Source of the DNA: Mobula hypostoma
Lineage: Eukaryota
Length of the DNA stretch: 64,000 nt
Reading direction: 5' to 3'
Assembly (NCBI RefSeq): GCF_963921235.1
Contig: NC_086097.1
Coordinates: forward strand, 113,772,001 to 113,836,000
A program made the position numbers and the translations under genes. Position 1 is the stretch's first letter. Each line of letters begins with the position of its first letter. The notes beneath the pieces were generated by a model. It saw only the letters and a program-made list of their open reading frames with translations. It was not told the DNA's origin and did no database searches. Of this stretch, positions 24,661 to 37,735 are shown in pieces.

Positions 24661-25468
24661 AGCCGTGCTATGTGCTTTAAAGTTGGAGATGGGAATATAT
24701 CAATGTCATAATAAAGTTTTAGCACAAGAACAAGCATTCCACCCCAATGATCTGTGCTAGTGTTGATGGTCCTCACGTTCTTAATCTCCATTCAATTTCT
24801 GTCAGCAATCTGCTGGATTGAGCTGTAGAATTATTATTTTTCTTGTAGTTTATCTTTCTTGTGTTTTTATTTAATCAGCTACATTTATAGAACAGTTCAT
24901 ACAGACGATGTAGTTCAAAGTGCTTTACAATGAAAGAAAGTGCAAACATGAAAATAAAAATTAAAAACATGAAAATAGAAGACAAAGATGTCAACTAAAA
25001 GCAAAGTAAATAAATAGGTTTTGAACTGGTCTTTAAAGTTGGAAACTGAATCTTTGTTCAGTGAATTTTCCAGTAATTACAATACAGTTGCTTCTTGCAT
25101 TTTTCTGGAAACTTGTAAGTTTTCAGAAGCTGATGTCAGGCCACTTGGATTTGGCTATTTTATAGTTGTTCTTTCACCTCTCTCTTTTTCATTCTTTGTT
25201 CTTGTAACATTTAATTAAACGATCATAAGCAACAAATTTTATGCCTAATTCTTGACTTCTGAAGGATCTTTGGATGGCAAAAATATCAGGATCCAACAAA
25301 CCCTTCCAAATAAGTATATGTAAGATAGCAGCTTTCTCTTAATCCAATTCATCCTCACAAATTAATGTTCCCCTAAAAATCAATTTACACAACCAAATTA
25401 AAAACATACAGGTCTGCTTCACATTATTTGTGACAAAAGCAATTGTTAACTTTATTATGTTCGCTTAC

Positions 25469-25616
25469 CGGTTGATCTTCTCATTCTGGGAGTGAGCGCC
25501 ATCATCTGCTGCTCCAATTGGCAGCAGCAGAACATTTTTTCCAGTAGCTTCTTGGAACGTCAAGGTAACTGGAATGCTTCCACCTTCTCTGGTCATATCT
25601 GGCTCAACTCCAAACA
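25469..25616 (-). CDS. CNDP2: CNDP2 exon: [50 protein letters not shown]
   Basis: 148 bp with AG/GT boundaries. Contains the metal-binding His of GAHS. Confidence 0.95.
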
Positions 25617-27709
25617 CTATGAGAAAAAAATGTTTTGCATATTGTACATTAAGATACCGCAACTCAAACAAATTCAAATCCATAATATAATATTCCAATC
25701 TTCCACTTTGATATGAGAACATCTTTTAGCAATATGATGACAATAAGAGCAACCTCAACTGAAGGTCAGCTTTGGCTGGTCTGTGTTATTATGAGTCTCT
25801 TTATTCCCATATTTTAGAAATAAACAAAGTTTCCACAATCTACGTACAAGATTCCTTTGCTTCATTAGATAGAGTTTTGCCACTTTCTTATACCCTTGCC
25901 TGCATATTTCCAGTTGCTTGTTTGATAAAAAAAAAACTGTGGGAAAATTGTTCATTCTTGGCACAAAGCATCACTTACTGAACATTCACGCAAGATCTGG
26001 ACTTGAAATTTAAGTGGCACGGTGGGAAAGAGCTAGAAAAGGTGGTGCCAGAGGTTTTTGCAGATCGAGGCAACTTCTTCCAGTTAATCCACGAAACAGC
26101 TTCTTCTTCTTTTCTCAGCTCTCCCTTTTCTTTACAAGGTGGCTGGGTTCCTGTTGGAGTCGGTGATCTACAGCTGCAGCTCAAACTATGGGTCTCCATC
26201 TGCGGTGGGTTCTTGTTCTCCAACTTGCCACGCAGCTGGCATTTTGATATCTCCAGGTGTGGCCTGGAAGACGCACGCCTTTGGAGTGCAGCCCATGGAC
26301 AACCTGGTTCCTCTCCGACGTCACTGAAGGAGGTGCCGTGGAAGACCAAAACACCGAGACAGCAGGCAGACTGCACCGCTGTCGGAAGGCGGCTCCTAAC
26401 ATCGAAACAGTGAGCTGCTGGTCTCCTGCTCTTGTTGCAGGAGCGATCTCTCCCTCCCTCACTAGTCAGCGAGAACCTACCTGAGATACTGAAGTGTTGG
26501 GATGAACTGTAGTTTTGATTGTCTCTAGATCAACGTCTCTTTGTGGGCTTTTGCTCTTGCTTGCATGGTGGGGGAAGGGGGTTGTCAGTGTTTCTGATAG
26601 TGCAAGCAAGGGGTAGGGGGAGAGTCGATGCTTTTGCTGCTGGCGTAGGAGGTGGGCAAGGGGGCTTCGGGGTTCTGATGTTTCTGTCATTGATTCTTTG
26701 GGTCTTTTCCGCTTGGTGGACGTCTGCAAAGAGCAAGAATTTCAAGTTGTATGCTGTATACATTCTCTGATATTAAATTGCTTTGTTGATGTTGTTTTTG
26801 TGTTGTTCTGTGAGCATGGGGGGCATGCTGTTGGCACCAGAATGCGTGGCACCTCACAGGCTGCTCTTAGTTCACGTTGGCTGTTCACGCAAACAACGCA
26901 TTTCACTGGATGCTTCAATGTGACTGTGATAAATAGGTGAATTGGAATCTGATACCATTTCAGATTTTAATTAGTTTTCTTACCAAGATGTCTGTTAACA
27001 CAGTGACCCAATAGAGAACATGACAAAATGTCATTCCTATTGTAAAGAGCTTGATGGGGTCCAAAATCTTGCTGTAGGGGGGTGTGGTGATTATATTTCC
27101 ATCTGTGGGAGAATCTAGAACTAGGGGGTCATTTACATAAGACAAAGATGAACTGATTTTTCTTTTGCTCGGGGGCGACGAGGAATCTTTGGTACTCTTC
27201 CTCAAAGGGTAGCAGAAGCAAATGTTGTAATTACTCCCATCAGAGAGGAGATACAGGGGCCTGAGGGCAGACACTCAACACTTCTTCCCCTCCGTTATCA
27301 GATCTTTGGACGGACAGTGAACTATCCCATGAACACCAAACACCTATTTTTGCTCTCTTTTTGCACAACTTATTTAATTTTTTATGCACTTATTATTATA
27401 ATTTATAGTATATTTTATGCACTGCAGTACTGCAGCCACAAAACAATAAACTTCACAACATGTCAGTAATTACAAACCTGACTCTGATAATAATGTTTAT
27501 TCATGAAAATATTCATTAAAATGCATTAATATTGCAAACTGATGACATCATTCAGACAGCAGCTGTTCTAATTGTTAAACCCCTCCTCCTTCCCAAGTGA
27601 CATTAACAACAGGAAAGTTTGTACAGCTAATTACAGGATGTGAGCCTTTGCAAGTAGGAGCTTTTTATGCAACACACACCAAATGCTGGAGGAACTCATC
27701 AAGTCGGCT

Positions 27710-29580
27710 GGCCTACAGACACACTTGATGTGTTCCATCACCATCAAGAATGCTTACCGTGCCATCCCACGCCCACACTTTGGAATATTCGATCACCTGG
27801 CTATACCTCTACTCCCAGTCTACAGGCAGAGACAGATGACCACAGCACCAGTGGCGAGGACCAAGAAGGTATGGCCAAGAGAGGTGGAGAAGCAGTTACA
27901 GGACTGCTTTGAGTGGGTGGACTGGCCAATATTCAGGGATTCATCTTTGAGTCCGAATGAATATGCCACAGTTGTCACTCACTTCACCACGACCTGTGTG
28001 GATGAACGTGTGCCTTTGAGAAACTACTGGATATACCAAAGCCAAAAGCCGCAGATGAACCAGGAGATTTGTAATCTGCTGAGGGCTAGACCTGTGGCAT
28101 CCAAGACTGGTGATCCAGAACTTGGTTCCTTAATGGGGAGGTAGTGGGGAGAAGCTTCTACTGTTTATTTAAATGCTCCCAATGGTGGCCACCTCAAATA
28201 GCCTCTGACAACCAAGTCCAACTCCTGGCCTTTACGTGTGGCTTAACTACTAGGACTGGCAGAACCATTTCAGCTGACAACAGAAGGGGCAAAGGTGGGT
28301 TATTGGCGCCTTAAAGCCAGTTACTTCAGGCAATAGGGCTCGTCAGCCACAGTTGGCAGCAAACCTAGGAGAAGGAAAACTCTACCTCTGCTGCCTTGCG
28401 GCCATACCCACTCATGGGGAAGGCTTCACGAATAAACCCTGAGGACAAATCCAGAGCTGGAGTCCCTAAGGCAGCCCTGCATTGAGTTCAATGATGACTG
28501 GCAACTCCTACAATGCTGCTGGTACCCAACTGTTTTGATCTCTGCTGCTCCTTTGGATTCATCAGCTGCATGGAGAGGGGGTGCCTTCTGCATGGGCAAC
28601 AGCTTGCTCTCGATACTGTACTGCCCTGGCTTGCGCATCATGTAGACAACTGGCATGCAACATGCATGGTTAACCCTGACCAAAGGAGGGCCTCATCTCC
28701 AGAATTATACAAGTCTAAGTACGACCAATGGAAGTCTACTGTAAATGCAAGGAACAATTCATACTGAAGTTAGAGGTGGAATCGGATGCATATCAACTCT
28801 GGCAGGGTTTGAAGGCCATTACTTCCTACAAGCAAAACCCAACATTGTGAATGACTGTGATGCCTCACCCCCCGATGAGCTCAATTACTTTTACGCACGC
28901 TTTGAAAGTGAGAATAAAACTACACCTGTGTGAACCCCCCCAGCATCTGATGACCCTGTGATCTCTGTCTCAGAGGCTGATGTCAGAACATCTTTCAAGA
29001 GAGTGAATCCTCCAAAGGCGTTAGGCCCCAATGGTGCACCTGGCAGAACACTGAAAGCAACTGGCTGTAGTGTTTAAGGACGGCCTCAATGTCTCACTGC
29101 TGCAATCATAGGCTCCCACCACAATAGGCCACAGCGTGTGATATCTCAATGGGTCTCCATTCAGCCTTGGATCACCAGGACAATAGTACATCAGGCTGCT
29201 GCTTATTGACCACAGTTCATCGTTCAACACAAGCATACCCTCAGTTCTAATCAAAAAGTTCCAAAACTTGGGTCTCTGTATCTCCCACTGCAACTAGGAC
29301 ATGCCCTCTTCTCACCGCTACCATTGAGGAGGTACAGGAGCCCGACGGCACACACTCAACGATTCAGAAACAGCTTCTTCCCCTCCACCATCAGATTTCT
29401 GAATGGACACTGGACCCATGAACATTCCTCAGTATTTTGTTCCCTCTTTTCTTGCACTACTTAATTTATTTTTAATATATACTTCCTATTGTACTTTATA
29501 GTTTTAATTGTTGTGTATTGTGTTGTACTGCTGCTGCAAAACTACAAGTCTCCTGACATATGCCAGTAATACTGATTCTG
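27710..29580 (+). mobile_element. Decayed Rex1/L2-like LINE fragment interrupted by an RTE-like insert (about 28121-28697)
   Basis: ORF 27683-28144 (PRPHFGIFDHL, LQDCFEWVDW) resumes at about 28700 (PDELNYFYARFE). The sequence tccagaa is duplicated around the insert. Confidence 0.65.
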
Positions 29581-29682
29581 ACCGTTTGTGCTGCTCACGA
29601 TGTCCAGCACCCACAGAATGTTGTGTGTTTAGGAGCTTTTCAGTGGTTGTTCCAACAACAGAGTAAGTCCCCTTTCACCAAC

Positions 29683-29824
29683 CTGTTTTTATTGCATTCC
29701 TGCCGGCTCTGTAGTGGGGGTGGTTATAGTCAGACAGCCAAGCCTTGGCACCATGACCCATGTAAACCTTCATTGTGTTTGGACTTCCACGCTCAGCAAA
29801 TAGCTTCTGGATGTAATCCACAAC
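29683..29824 (-). CDS. CNDP2: CNDP2 exon: [47 protein letters not shown]
   Basis: 142 bp with AG/GT boundaries and consistent phase. Translated by hand; not in the ORF track. Confidence 0.92.
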
Positions 29825-30289
29825 CTAAGCAAGAACAAAATTCAAATGAAAAGGGACTTAGGCAGGAGACAGAAAAGTGGCACCTTACACAATCAAAACA
29901 TCTGCACAGTCCCCATGTGCAGAAACAAATTATTAAATCCAGTCCCACTTTGTTTCTCTGTGTCATTTAGCACAAAGAAGGGACAACACCAAATATCACC
30001 ATTGTTTTACTCAAAGCGGCTGAGCCCTTGTTATTCACCATTAAGCAATAAAAAACATTCACATCTTTGCTGTTTGTGAGCATAAAGCAGCTCTTCTTCC
30101 CCTGTATTTCACCAGCATTAATGTATTTTGGATATCCCAAAAATGTACAAAATACTTTATAATTACACGCTCATTCCTTCCATCACATACAGCATTGGGA
30201 GAGAATTAACCCATTTTGAAAGTTTCACATCTTTCTGAATTTGAGGTATACAAAAAAAAACTTAATTTGGCAACTAAATTCGATACAGA

Positions 30290-30655
30290 TCATCACCACG
30301 TGCCTTCCCGTAGGACGTGGCCGAACATGGACTTTGACCATGATTGTTCTTGGCAAATTCTTCTACAGAAGTGGTTTGCCATTGCCTTCTTCTGGGCAGT
30401 GTCTTTACAAGACGGGAGACCCCAGCCATTATCAAAACTCTTCAGAGACTGCCTAGAGTCAGTGGTCGCATAACCAGGTCTTGTGATTAGCACTGGCTGC
30501 TCACACAACACCCACCACCTGCTCCCATGACTTCATAGGACCCTGGGGGGGGGGGGGGGTAAGCAGGTGCTACTCCTTGCTCAAGTTTGACCTGCAGGTT
30601 AGTAGAGGGAAGGAGTGCCTTACACCTCCTTTGGTGAGACATATCTGCACCCTCC
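30290..30655 (-). mobile_element. RTE-related SINE-like repeat
   Basis: Contains gaagtggtttgccattgccttct, resembling RTE/BovB-type tails. Homologous to 21180-21523. Confidence 0.5.
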
Positions 30656-32462
30656 TCTATAAAAGATAACTTTTTTATAATTAGGAAAAATCATCTACTG
30701 CACATAATTGAGAAGGGAAGTGTATTTTGATTTATTTTTAAATTATTGTTGTGCATGTTTAGTTACATTAATATTTTAACAAGAGCAATTATAACAGAAT
30801 GTTCTTTTCTCTACTTATTTATTTTGCTCGTGTGTATTTGTACATTTAAATTAAAAGGGATTACTTTTCTAATGACAAACAAGAAAAAATTTGTATCGAT
30901 GCTGCCTGGCCTGCTGAGTTCCTCCCAGCATTTTGTGAATGTTACCTTTCTAATGATCCAGTTTTGGGTTTAAGCTATTGACACATTAATCTTTACAGCT
31001 TCCCAAATTGTTTGACAAGTTGTACTGTTTAACTCAAAAGCTTTCATGGTCTGCAGTTCCTCTTTATTCTTTAGCACATTCAGCATTGTAATACACGCCT
31101 TTTTTTTAAACTGTATCTTCAAACATCAAAAGATTGCAAACTCCAAGAACACCTGCATTCCAACATCCCTCTGGATCTCTCACCCCCACTTCACTTTCCT
31201 GACCCCATCTTTCCTCCTAGTCCCACTCCCTCAGCACTCCCCTCCCACCCCCACCACTCTTGGATCAAGAATGATCTGTTTGCAGCAGAGGCCTCAGCTT
31301 CATATCCCTATATCCCAGCACAATAATTCTGAGCTCAGCATGACTCTGAACTCTTCTTCTGCCACCTCTGCCTTCACACATTTCTTTGGTCAGAAACTTT
31401 CACCCGTCTTCAGTATGTATGACCCACCTGGATACCTCTCTCTGGTCAATTACTCGCTCGATCAAGGATCAACATTACTGACCACATACATTTATATGTA
31501 TTAGGACTTTGCTGTGCTGTGTTTCCAGGGCACGATGTGCAACAAAAAACAATGTTCAACATGGATGGGAGGTGTATGGAGGGATATGGTCCGTGTGCAG
31601 GTCAGTGGGACTAGGCAGAAAATGGTTCGGCACAGCCAAGAAGGGCCAAAAGGCCTGTTTCTGTGCTGTAGTTTCTATGGTTCTATAACTATTAAAATGA
31701 AGAATTATTTAAAAAATTAAAGTTAGAGATTAAAGTACGGATACAGAATAAAATGTGTGTAATGTATCTACAATGCAAATATTATAGAGAGAAGATGGCG
31801 GCGCAACGCAGCGCCCAGCAGCCACACCGGAATGAGTATCTGTTTTCTGTCAAAAAGGATGCCGTGCACAATCCTGATTTGATGGAGACGGACGTGAGAA
31901 GCACGGAGGAACATCGGGAGAAACTTCTGAAATGCCTGCTTCGCTGCCGCTGCTACTGTGCCATCCAGAATCTCTGGAGGGGAAGGCCCCGAATCCTCGG
32001 CTTTGCCTGTTGCTTGGCAGCCGGGGTTGAAGCGCTCCGCAGAGATGGTGCTTGGTGTCGGAGGCTCGAAGTTTTCGGACAGGCTCAGAGTTGGACTGTG
32101 GTCGGGTGCTTCCAGGGTGCTGCATCGGCAAGTTTGCAGCGCTGGAGGTTCATGGCAGGGAGAGTTTCTTCCTTCTACTGTCTGCGTGAGATGATGGGGC
32201 TATCGGGACTTCGGGACTTTTTTTTACTGTGCCCATGGTCTGCTCTTCACCAAATTATGGTATTGCTTTGCACTGTTGTAACTATATGTTATAATTCTGT
32301 GGTTTTTATCAGTTTTAGTCTTGGTCTGTCAAACTCCCTCGTGCAAACTGCAACCAAAAACGAGCGAAAACACAGAATATAAAACACAAAATCAAAAGGC
32401 ATATTTCAGTACAGTTAAGTTCAGTGTACATTATCTGCAAGTTGCCCTGATTCAAAAATCGC

Positions 32463-32521
32463 CCAGAAGTAGTAGCGCAAAAGAGTGACCAGAAGTAGTA
32501 GCGCAAAAGAACGACCAGAAC
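32463..32521. repeat. 26-bp tandem duplication
   Basis: ccagaagtagtagcgcaaaaga(gt/ac)ga twice, plus a partial third copy. Confidence 0.85.
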
Positions 32522-32998
32522 TAGAACCGGAAACCAGATCACATCATAAACCTGAATTAGAGTCCAAATCCACAACCTGTGTCAATTAAACCTTGCCCCA
32601 GCACCATTCATCGACAGCAAGGAGGTGGGGGGGGGGGGAGGAGAAAGGAGAGATAGAGAGATAGAATATGAATGAGAGAATTCAAACCAAGTAATTCGAA
32701 TTCTGTCTGCATCAAGCGTACACCTGTGATAATGGCTCAGTTTGTATGTTGCTTTTCCTTTATTGTTTCCTCTGGAAAGGAGGACATGACCATCCTGATC
32801 TGCTGGAACGCCGTTCTGCTCTGCATTTCACAATTCCCACATTCTTTCTGGTTATGTTCTCATTTTCTAAGTGCTCCCACTACTTGACCAGATAACCCTC
32901 TTTACATCTTATCCCACAGCCACCCCAGATTCATCTGACCAAAGGCATTTCCATCTCTCCACCCCAAATATCATAGCAAGCTTCCATTGTTTCCTTCC

Positions 32999-33037
32999 CA
33001 GTTCTGATGAAAGATTTGCAACTTGAAACATTAACTG
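32999..33037 (+). ncRNA. Minimal type I hammerhead-ribozyme-like motif in a Penelope terminal remnant
   Basis: cagtt-CTGATGA-aagatttgcaactt-GAAA-ca-TT-aactg. Stem I is cagtt/aactg, the core boxes are intact and stem II is aag/ctt. The loop-3 palindrome reads ACAT instead of ACGT. Confidence 0.5.
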
Positions 33038-33566
33038 TTTTCCTTCTTGCCGATGGTGGCCTGACCTGCCGAGCATTCCCAGTATTTCCTGATGTTATTT
33101 TAGTATTGTCTAACTTCCACCCATCACATTCTCTCATCTGCACTGGTTACGCAAGGACCGTCAGAGCTGTGCAACGTGATTTGCTTTTTCTCCTTTATCA
33201 AGTGGAGGAAAGTCAGATCCTCATCAAAATTTCACCCAATCACAGATGAAAGCCATCTCCTCCTGAAAGAGATTGGCAACTTGTCTGACTTCTAGCACAG
33301 AATTTGCAGTTGGCTGCCGAATCTTGTTTTATGTAGGAGAGGTGGTCATCCCTTCTCAGATGCATTTGAAACTGTGCCAGATGTTTATGTCACTAAATAC
33401 ACTGCAGCCATGAACTTAGTAATACAATGTTAATATTAAGCATTAGTTGTTTATTTTGAGATTGTGATTGGATTGCTGAAAATGCTAAAAATTACAGAAT
33501 TTTACATAAAATATGTAGAGTAACCCATTTGCATCCCAGCTTCTCAGGAGCTACAAGTACCAGATA

Positions 33567-33875
33567 AGTAAGGCATCCGTTAGTCTTGCGAGACCATGGA
33601 TCTGCGCCTGGAAAGTCTTCACTCTCCAGGGCACAGGCCTGGGCAAGGTTGTCTGGAAGACTGGCAGTTGCCCATGCTGCAAGTCTCCCCTCTCCACAAC
33701 ACTGATGTTGTCCAAGGGAAGGGCAAGGGCCAATACAGCTTGGCACCAGTGTCATTGCAGAGCACTGTGTGGTTAAGTGCCTTGCTCAAGGACACAACAT
33801 GCTGCCTTGGCTGGGGCTCGAACTCACGACCTTCAGGTCGCTAGTCCAATGCCATAACCACTTGGCCACGTGCCC
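33567..33875 (-). mobile_element. tRNA-derived SINE (full length)
   Basis: 14-bp TSD acaagtaccagata (33553-33566, 33876-33889). The head has an A box TGGCCAAGTGG and a B box GAGTTCGAGCC. Confidence 0.85.
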
Positions 33876-33903
33876 ACAAGTACCAGATATTTGCTTACTA
33901 TTA

Positions 33904-34159
33904 GGTTAAGTTAAGTTAAAGTCTGTCCCGAGCCTTAAAGGCTCATCAGGCCAGTGCTTATGCCGGTTTCCGTGGCGTGAAGCCACTGAGAGTACGAGAC
34001 TCCCCCCTGGATAGGGCGCCAGTCTATCGCGAGGTTAACCCTCAGCATTTTGCCGGTACCCATTTTCAGCTGGGTGGACTGGAGCATTGTGTCCTTGCTC
34101 AAGGACACAACATGCTGTCTCGGCTGGGGCTCGAACTCATGACCTCATGCCCTAACCAC
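33904..34159 (-). mobile_element. tRNA-derived SINE, 5'-truncated, with a different body and tail
   Basis: 14-bp TSD tttgcttactatta (33890-33903, 34160-34173). B box GAGTTCGAGCC and a (TTAAC)n tail. Confidence 0.8.
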
Positions 34160-34361
34160 TTTGCTTACTATTAATTGTGACAATCTATGGTGTCTTTACA
34201 TGGTGTACAAAGAAATGGGACAATTGGGTGCAGGGTATGACATCAAAGGCAATTGGGGGATAGTGTACAGGCCCTAAGCTACACAACTATGCAGATATCC
34301 AAGGTGACCAGACGAATGCGAAAAAAGAACAATCGTTTCCTTTACAACACCCACTCCATAC

Positions 34362-34526
34362 CTGCTTCTCAACCACTTCTGGATCCATGTTGGGCACTAA
34401 TCGAATAGAAAACTTCCCAATAACTTTCCTGGGAATGACTGTTTTAGCTCCTGAACCAGCAAAAGCCCCCTCAATACCATGCAATGACAAGGACGGGTAT
34501 CTCCATCGGTGCATCAGAACTTGCTC
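34362..34526 (-). CDS. CNDP2: CNDP2 exon: [55 protein letters not shown]
   Basis: 165 bp with AG/GT boundaries. M20 dimerisation domain. Confidence 0.95.
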
Positions 34527-35186
34527 CTGGAAGCAGAAGGAAAAAAAAATTATTTTATACAACTTAACTGAAGTGAACGCATAGAGGATGTGCAAGATAT
34601 CGCCAACACCGAAGTTTAGATGTATTACACACATTTGCTTCTTTCACCATAACTTGACTTCAGATCAAGGATTGACAGCCAGGAGATACAAGACACCCCC
34701 CTTCCCCCCCCACCCCGCCCTCAGGTCAGCGCGTTACGGATTGGACAAGAGAAATGAGTTCCAGTGAGCCCCTGGGTTGGTGATTCAGTGAGAAAGGAGT
34801 TCATGACCTAGTGTTCAGGTTCTTGCCATTGTCGACCCCGGACTTCGAAGCCTGATGTTTAGTGATCAATGTGCCACAGGGTCAAATGTCAAGGATTGGG
34901 ACACGAGGACAAAACTGTGGAAACTTAGGGCTGTTGGCCAGAGCTGAATCTGTGAACCTCTGTGAGTCTGCTGAGGAGGTCGAAGCTCAGTATCTGCAGG
35001 ATTGAGTCTGTATCTGCTGGGAGACTGGAGGCCTGGCTTGGTGTTAAAGGACTGTGTAGTGTGTGGCTGGGTGGATCAGTGGGTAGGGGGGAAGAGAGGA
35101 AATGTGGCTTGTTTCACTTTTGTTGCTTTGTCGTTTGGTACATTTTGTCTTGTTGTGTTCTGTGTTGTTCTGCCGAGCACTGTGGG

Positions 35187-35617
35187 AATAGGTTGAGTGA
35201 ACTTGGCCTTTTCTCCTTGGAGCGATGGAGGATGAGAGGTGACCTGATAGAGCTGTACAAGATAATGAGAGGCATTGATGGTGTGGATAGCCAGAGGCTT
35301 TTTTCCCAGGGTCAAAATGGCTAACATGAGGGGGCCTGGTTTTAAGGTGCTTGGAAATAGGTACAAGGGGGATGCCACAGGTAAGTTTTTCACACAGAGA
35401 GTGGTGGGTGCGTAGAATGCACCGTCAGTGAAGGTGGTAGAGGCGGATACAATAGGGTCTTTTAAGAGACTCTTGGATAGGTACATGGAGCTTAGAAAAA
35501 CAGAGGGCTATGCGGTAAGGAAATTCTAGGCAGACTCTAGAGTAGGTTACATGGTCGGCACAACATTGTGGGCCGAAGGGCCTGTAATGTGCTGTAAATT
35601 TTCAATTTTTCTATGTT
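35187..35617 (+). mobile_element. CR1 3'-end fragment
   Basis: RLSELGLFSLERWRMRGDLIELYKIMRG followed by a 3' UTR ending ttctatgtt. Confidence 0.8.
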
Positions 35618-35904
35618 ACGGTGGTGCCAGACTACATGGCAACACTTGCAGGCTGCTCTCAGCACATCCTCAGATGTGTTTCTCTGAATGTTTCGATGTA
35701 CAAGTGATAAATAAATCTGAATCTAAATCCGAACTCTTACACTCAATACAAAGGTAAAAGTCTTCTTCACAATCCTATCTACCTGTATTGTTATTTTCAA
35801 AGCTCCATCTAAGTCTCACTACACCACCAGTGAGAGAGAGGTTGCACATTCAAACAGAAATGGTGAGAAGGTGCAGTGCTTACTTAGAATGATAGAAATA
35901 ACAC

Positions 35905-36292
35905 TGCATCATTTCCCCTCTAACTTCCCTCTTCTATTCCACTCTCTAGCCTCTTATCTCTTTTCCTCACCTGCCTATCACCTCCTCCTTATGGCCCTCC
36001 TTCTCCTCTTTCTCCCATGGTCCATTCTCCTCTCCTGTTTCCTTCTTCTCCAGCCCTTTGCCTCTCCCATCCAACTGGATTTACCTATCACCTTTCAGCT
36101 AGTCTTGCTTCCCCTCGTCCCACCTTTTCATTTTGATGTCTTCCCATTTCCTTTCCAGTCCTAAAGAAGGGTTTCAGCCTGAAACAGCGACTGTTCATTC
36201 ATTTCCATAGGTGCTGCATGACCTGCTGAGTTCCTCCAGCATTTTGTCTGTGTTACTCTGGATTTCCAGCATCTGCAGAATCTCTTGTGTTT
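35905..36292 (+). mobile_element. Penelope-like terminal repeat remnant with a degenerate hammerhead motif
   Basis: A pyrimidine-rich tract, then cagtc-ctaaaga-agggtttcagcct-gaaa-cagc-gactg and the ...ccagcatctgcagaatct terminus. Confidence 0.6.
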
Positions 36293-36467
36293 ACAATTCT
36301 GGGCAACTGCTCAATGATTGGAATTTTAGTTACTGTCAAATTTTTAATCTACAAATCCATATGAAGAGAATTCACATGTAGACACAATTCCAGAAAAGTG
36401 TCATGAGCAGCCACAATCACATCATGATTGTCCACAGAATCAGAAGTTTGGTTATATTTAAATGTAC

Positions 36468-36628
36468 CTTTGTACTCTGCAGCAGCTGACTGGCACCTAT
36501 ATCCTTGCAGTACTCTTCAATATCAAAGTCTATTTTATCATACAATTTCTTTTCCTCATCCGTAAGTGGTGCCACTGATTCATAAACACCAGGAACAAGG
36601 AGCTTTCCAGTTTTGTCCACCAATTTGC
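36468..36628 (-). CDS. CNDP2: CNDP2 exon: (G)[53 protein letters not shown]
   Basis: 161 bp with AG/GT boundaries. Confidence 0.95.
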
Positions 36629-37650
36629 CTAATTAGAAAAGAGATTTAGGCATAACTGTTAGCATATACTTCACACAAAGGAACAACGTATATACGGCAG
36701 CAGAAAGTCACGTAAACAGAAGCTCCAAACTGCATCTGAAGAGCATTTGCATTCTACAAATCCAAAAAGTTGGTTTTCTACCTAGCACATAGAAATTTAT
36801 GCATTGGAAAGTTTGTAACTGGACATGCTGTGTGTGACTACATTCACTGTGTTTTGCACCTTGGCCCCAGGGGAACAATCTTTCGTTTAGCTGTATACAT
36901 GTGTATGGTTGAACAACAAAATGAAGAAAGGAAAACAAAACTGTGGGGGAAATGCCAGGGCTATGTTTTAGCCTGCATTCTCTCCTGCAGGTGGTTAAAT
37001 TAGACTGACACTGGCTAGGTGGAGAAAGATAAAGACCATTTATCACCCAATCAGCACCACATTCTTTCAAATCGCTTCTTGTGCATATTTTGGCTACTCC
37101 ATTTAACTAGCAAACTGTGCATGTAATTACTGGCTTTGAAGTACCTTGTAACTCCTTGTCCCCAAATTCATTGCACTTTTACCACTTTACAATGAACTGT
37201 ACTTGGTTTCTTTTGCTCTGTATTTGGGCATCACCTTGCCACAGAATTCAAGCAGCGCAATGTTATTGGCAATTAAATTGAAGAAATTCTCTTCATGCAA
37301 TTAATTTTAAATCTGTTGCACTGTGCATATCTGCAGTGAATGGCATGAAATAAAGGTGTTGCATGCTAACTGACTACAGCAACTTTCTTAAACCAGCATT
37401 GAGTTTGATGCTTTCTTTCCTCACCAATGAAATAGTGGCAATATCCTCTTTCTATGTGAAAATAAACTGGAAAGTATACATTTTTGAAGTGTATACAGGA
37501 GAACAGGGTCCCTTAACTCATAGCTGGCATAACTTACTTTGAACACCTTACTTTTTATTTAAAGGATATGCCACGTTAATTATAGATTTGAATTAGTTAA
37601 CATCAGACTAGCCATTCAGCACAATCCTGGAGTGAATACTGAGGTCTTAC

Positions 37651-37735
37651 CCAGTAAGTAGATCAGGTCAGCCATTGCTTCATGTACCGTGCCACCAAAG
37701 ACACCAGAGTGCAGATCCTTATTGGAGCATACAAC
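37651..37735 (-). CDS. CNDP2: CNDP2 exon: [28 protein letters not shown](G)
   Basis: 85 bp with AG/GT boundaries and the DLHSG motif. Not in the ORF track. Confidence 0.93.

Noticed and set aside
28195..28300. HDV-like ribozyme at the 5' region of the RTE-like insert
   Set aside because: RTE elements can carry these, but I could not assign a convincing nested double pseudoknot by eye.
31753..32382. 209-aa ORF
   Set aside because: It lies in a GC-rich interspersed repeat, has no protein motif, and is antisense within a CNDP2 intron.
32463..32521. CRISPR-like repeat
   Set aside because: It is a simple tandem duplication with no spacers or cas genes, in a eukaryotic context.
33805..33875. tRNA gene
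   Set aside because: The A and B boxes belong to a TSD-flanked SINE head and there is no complete cloverleaf.
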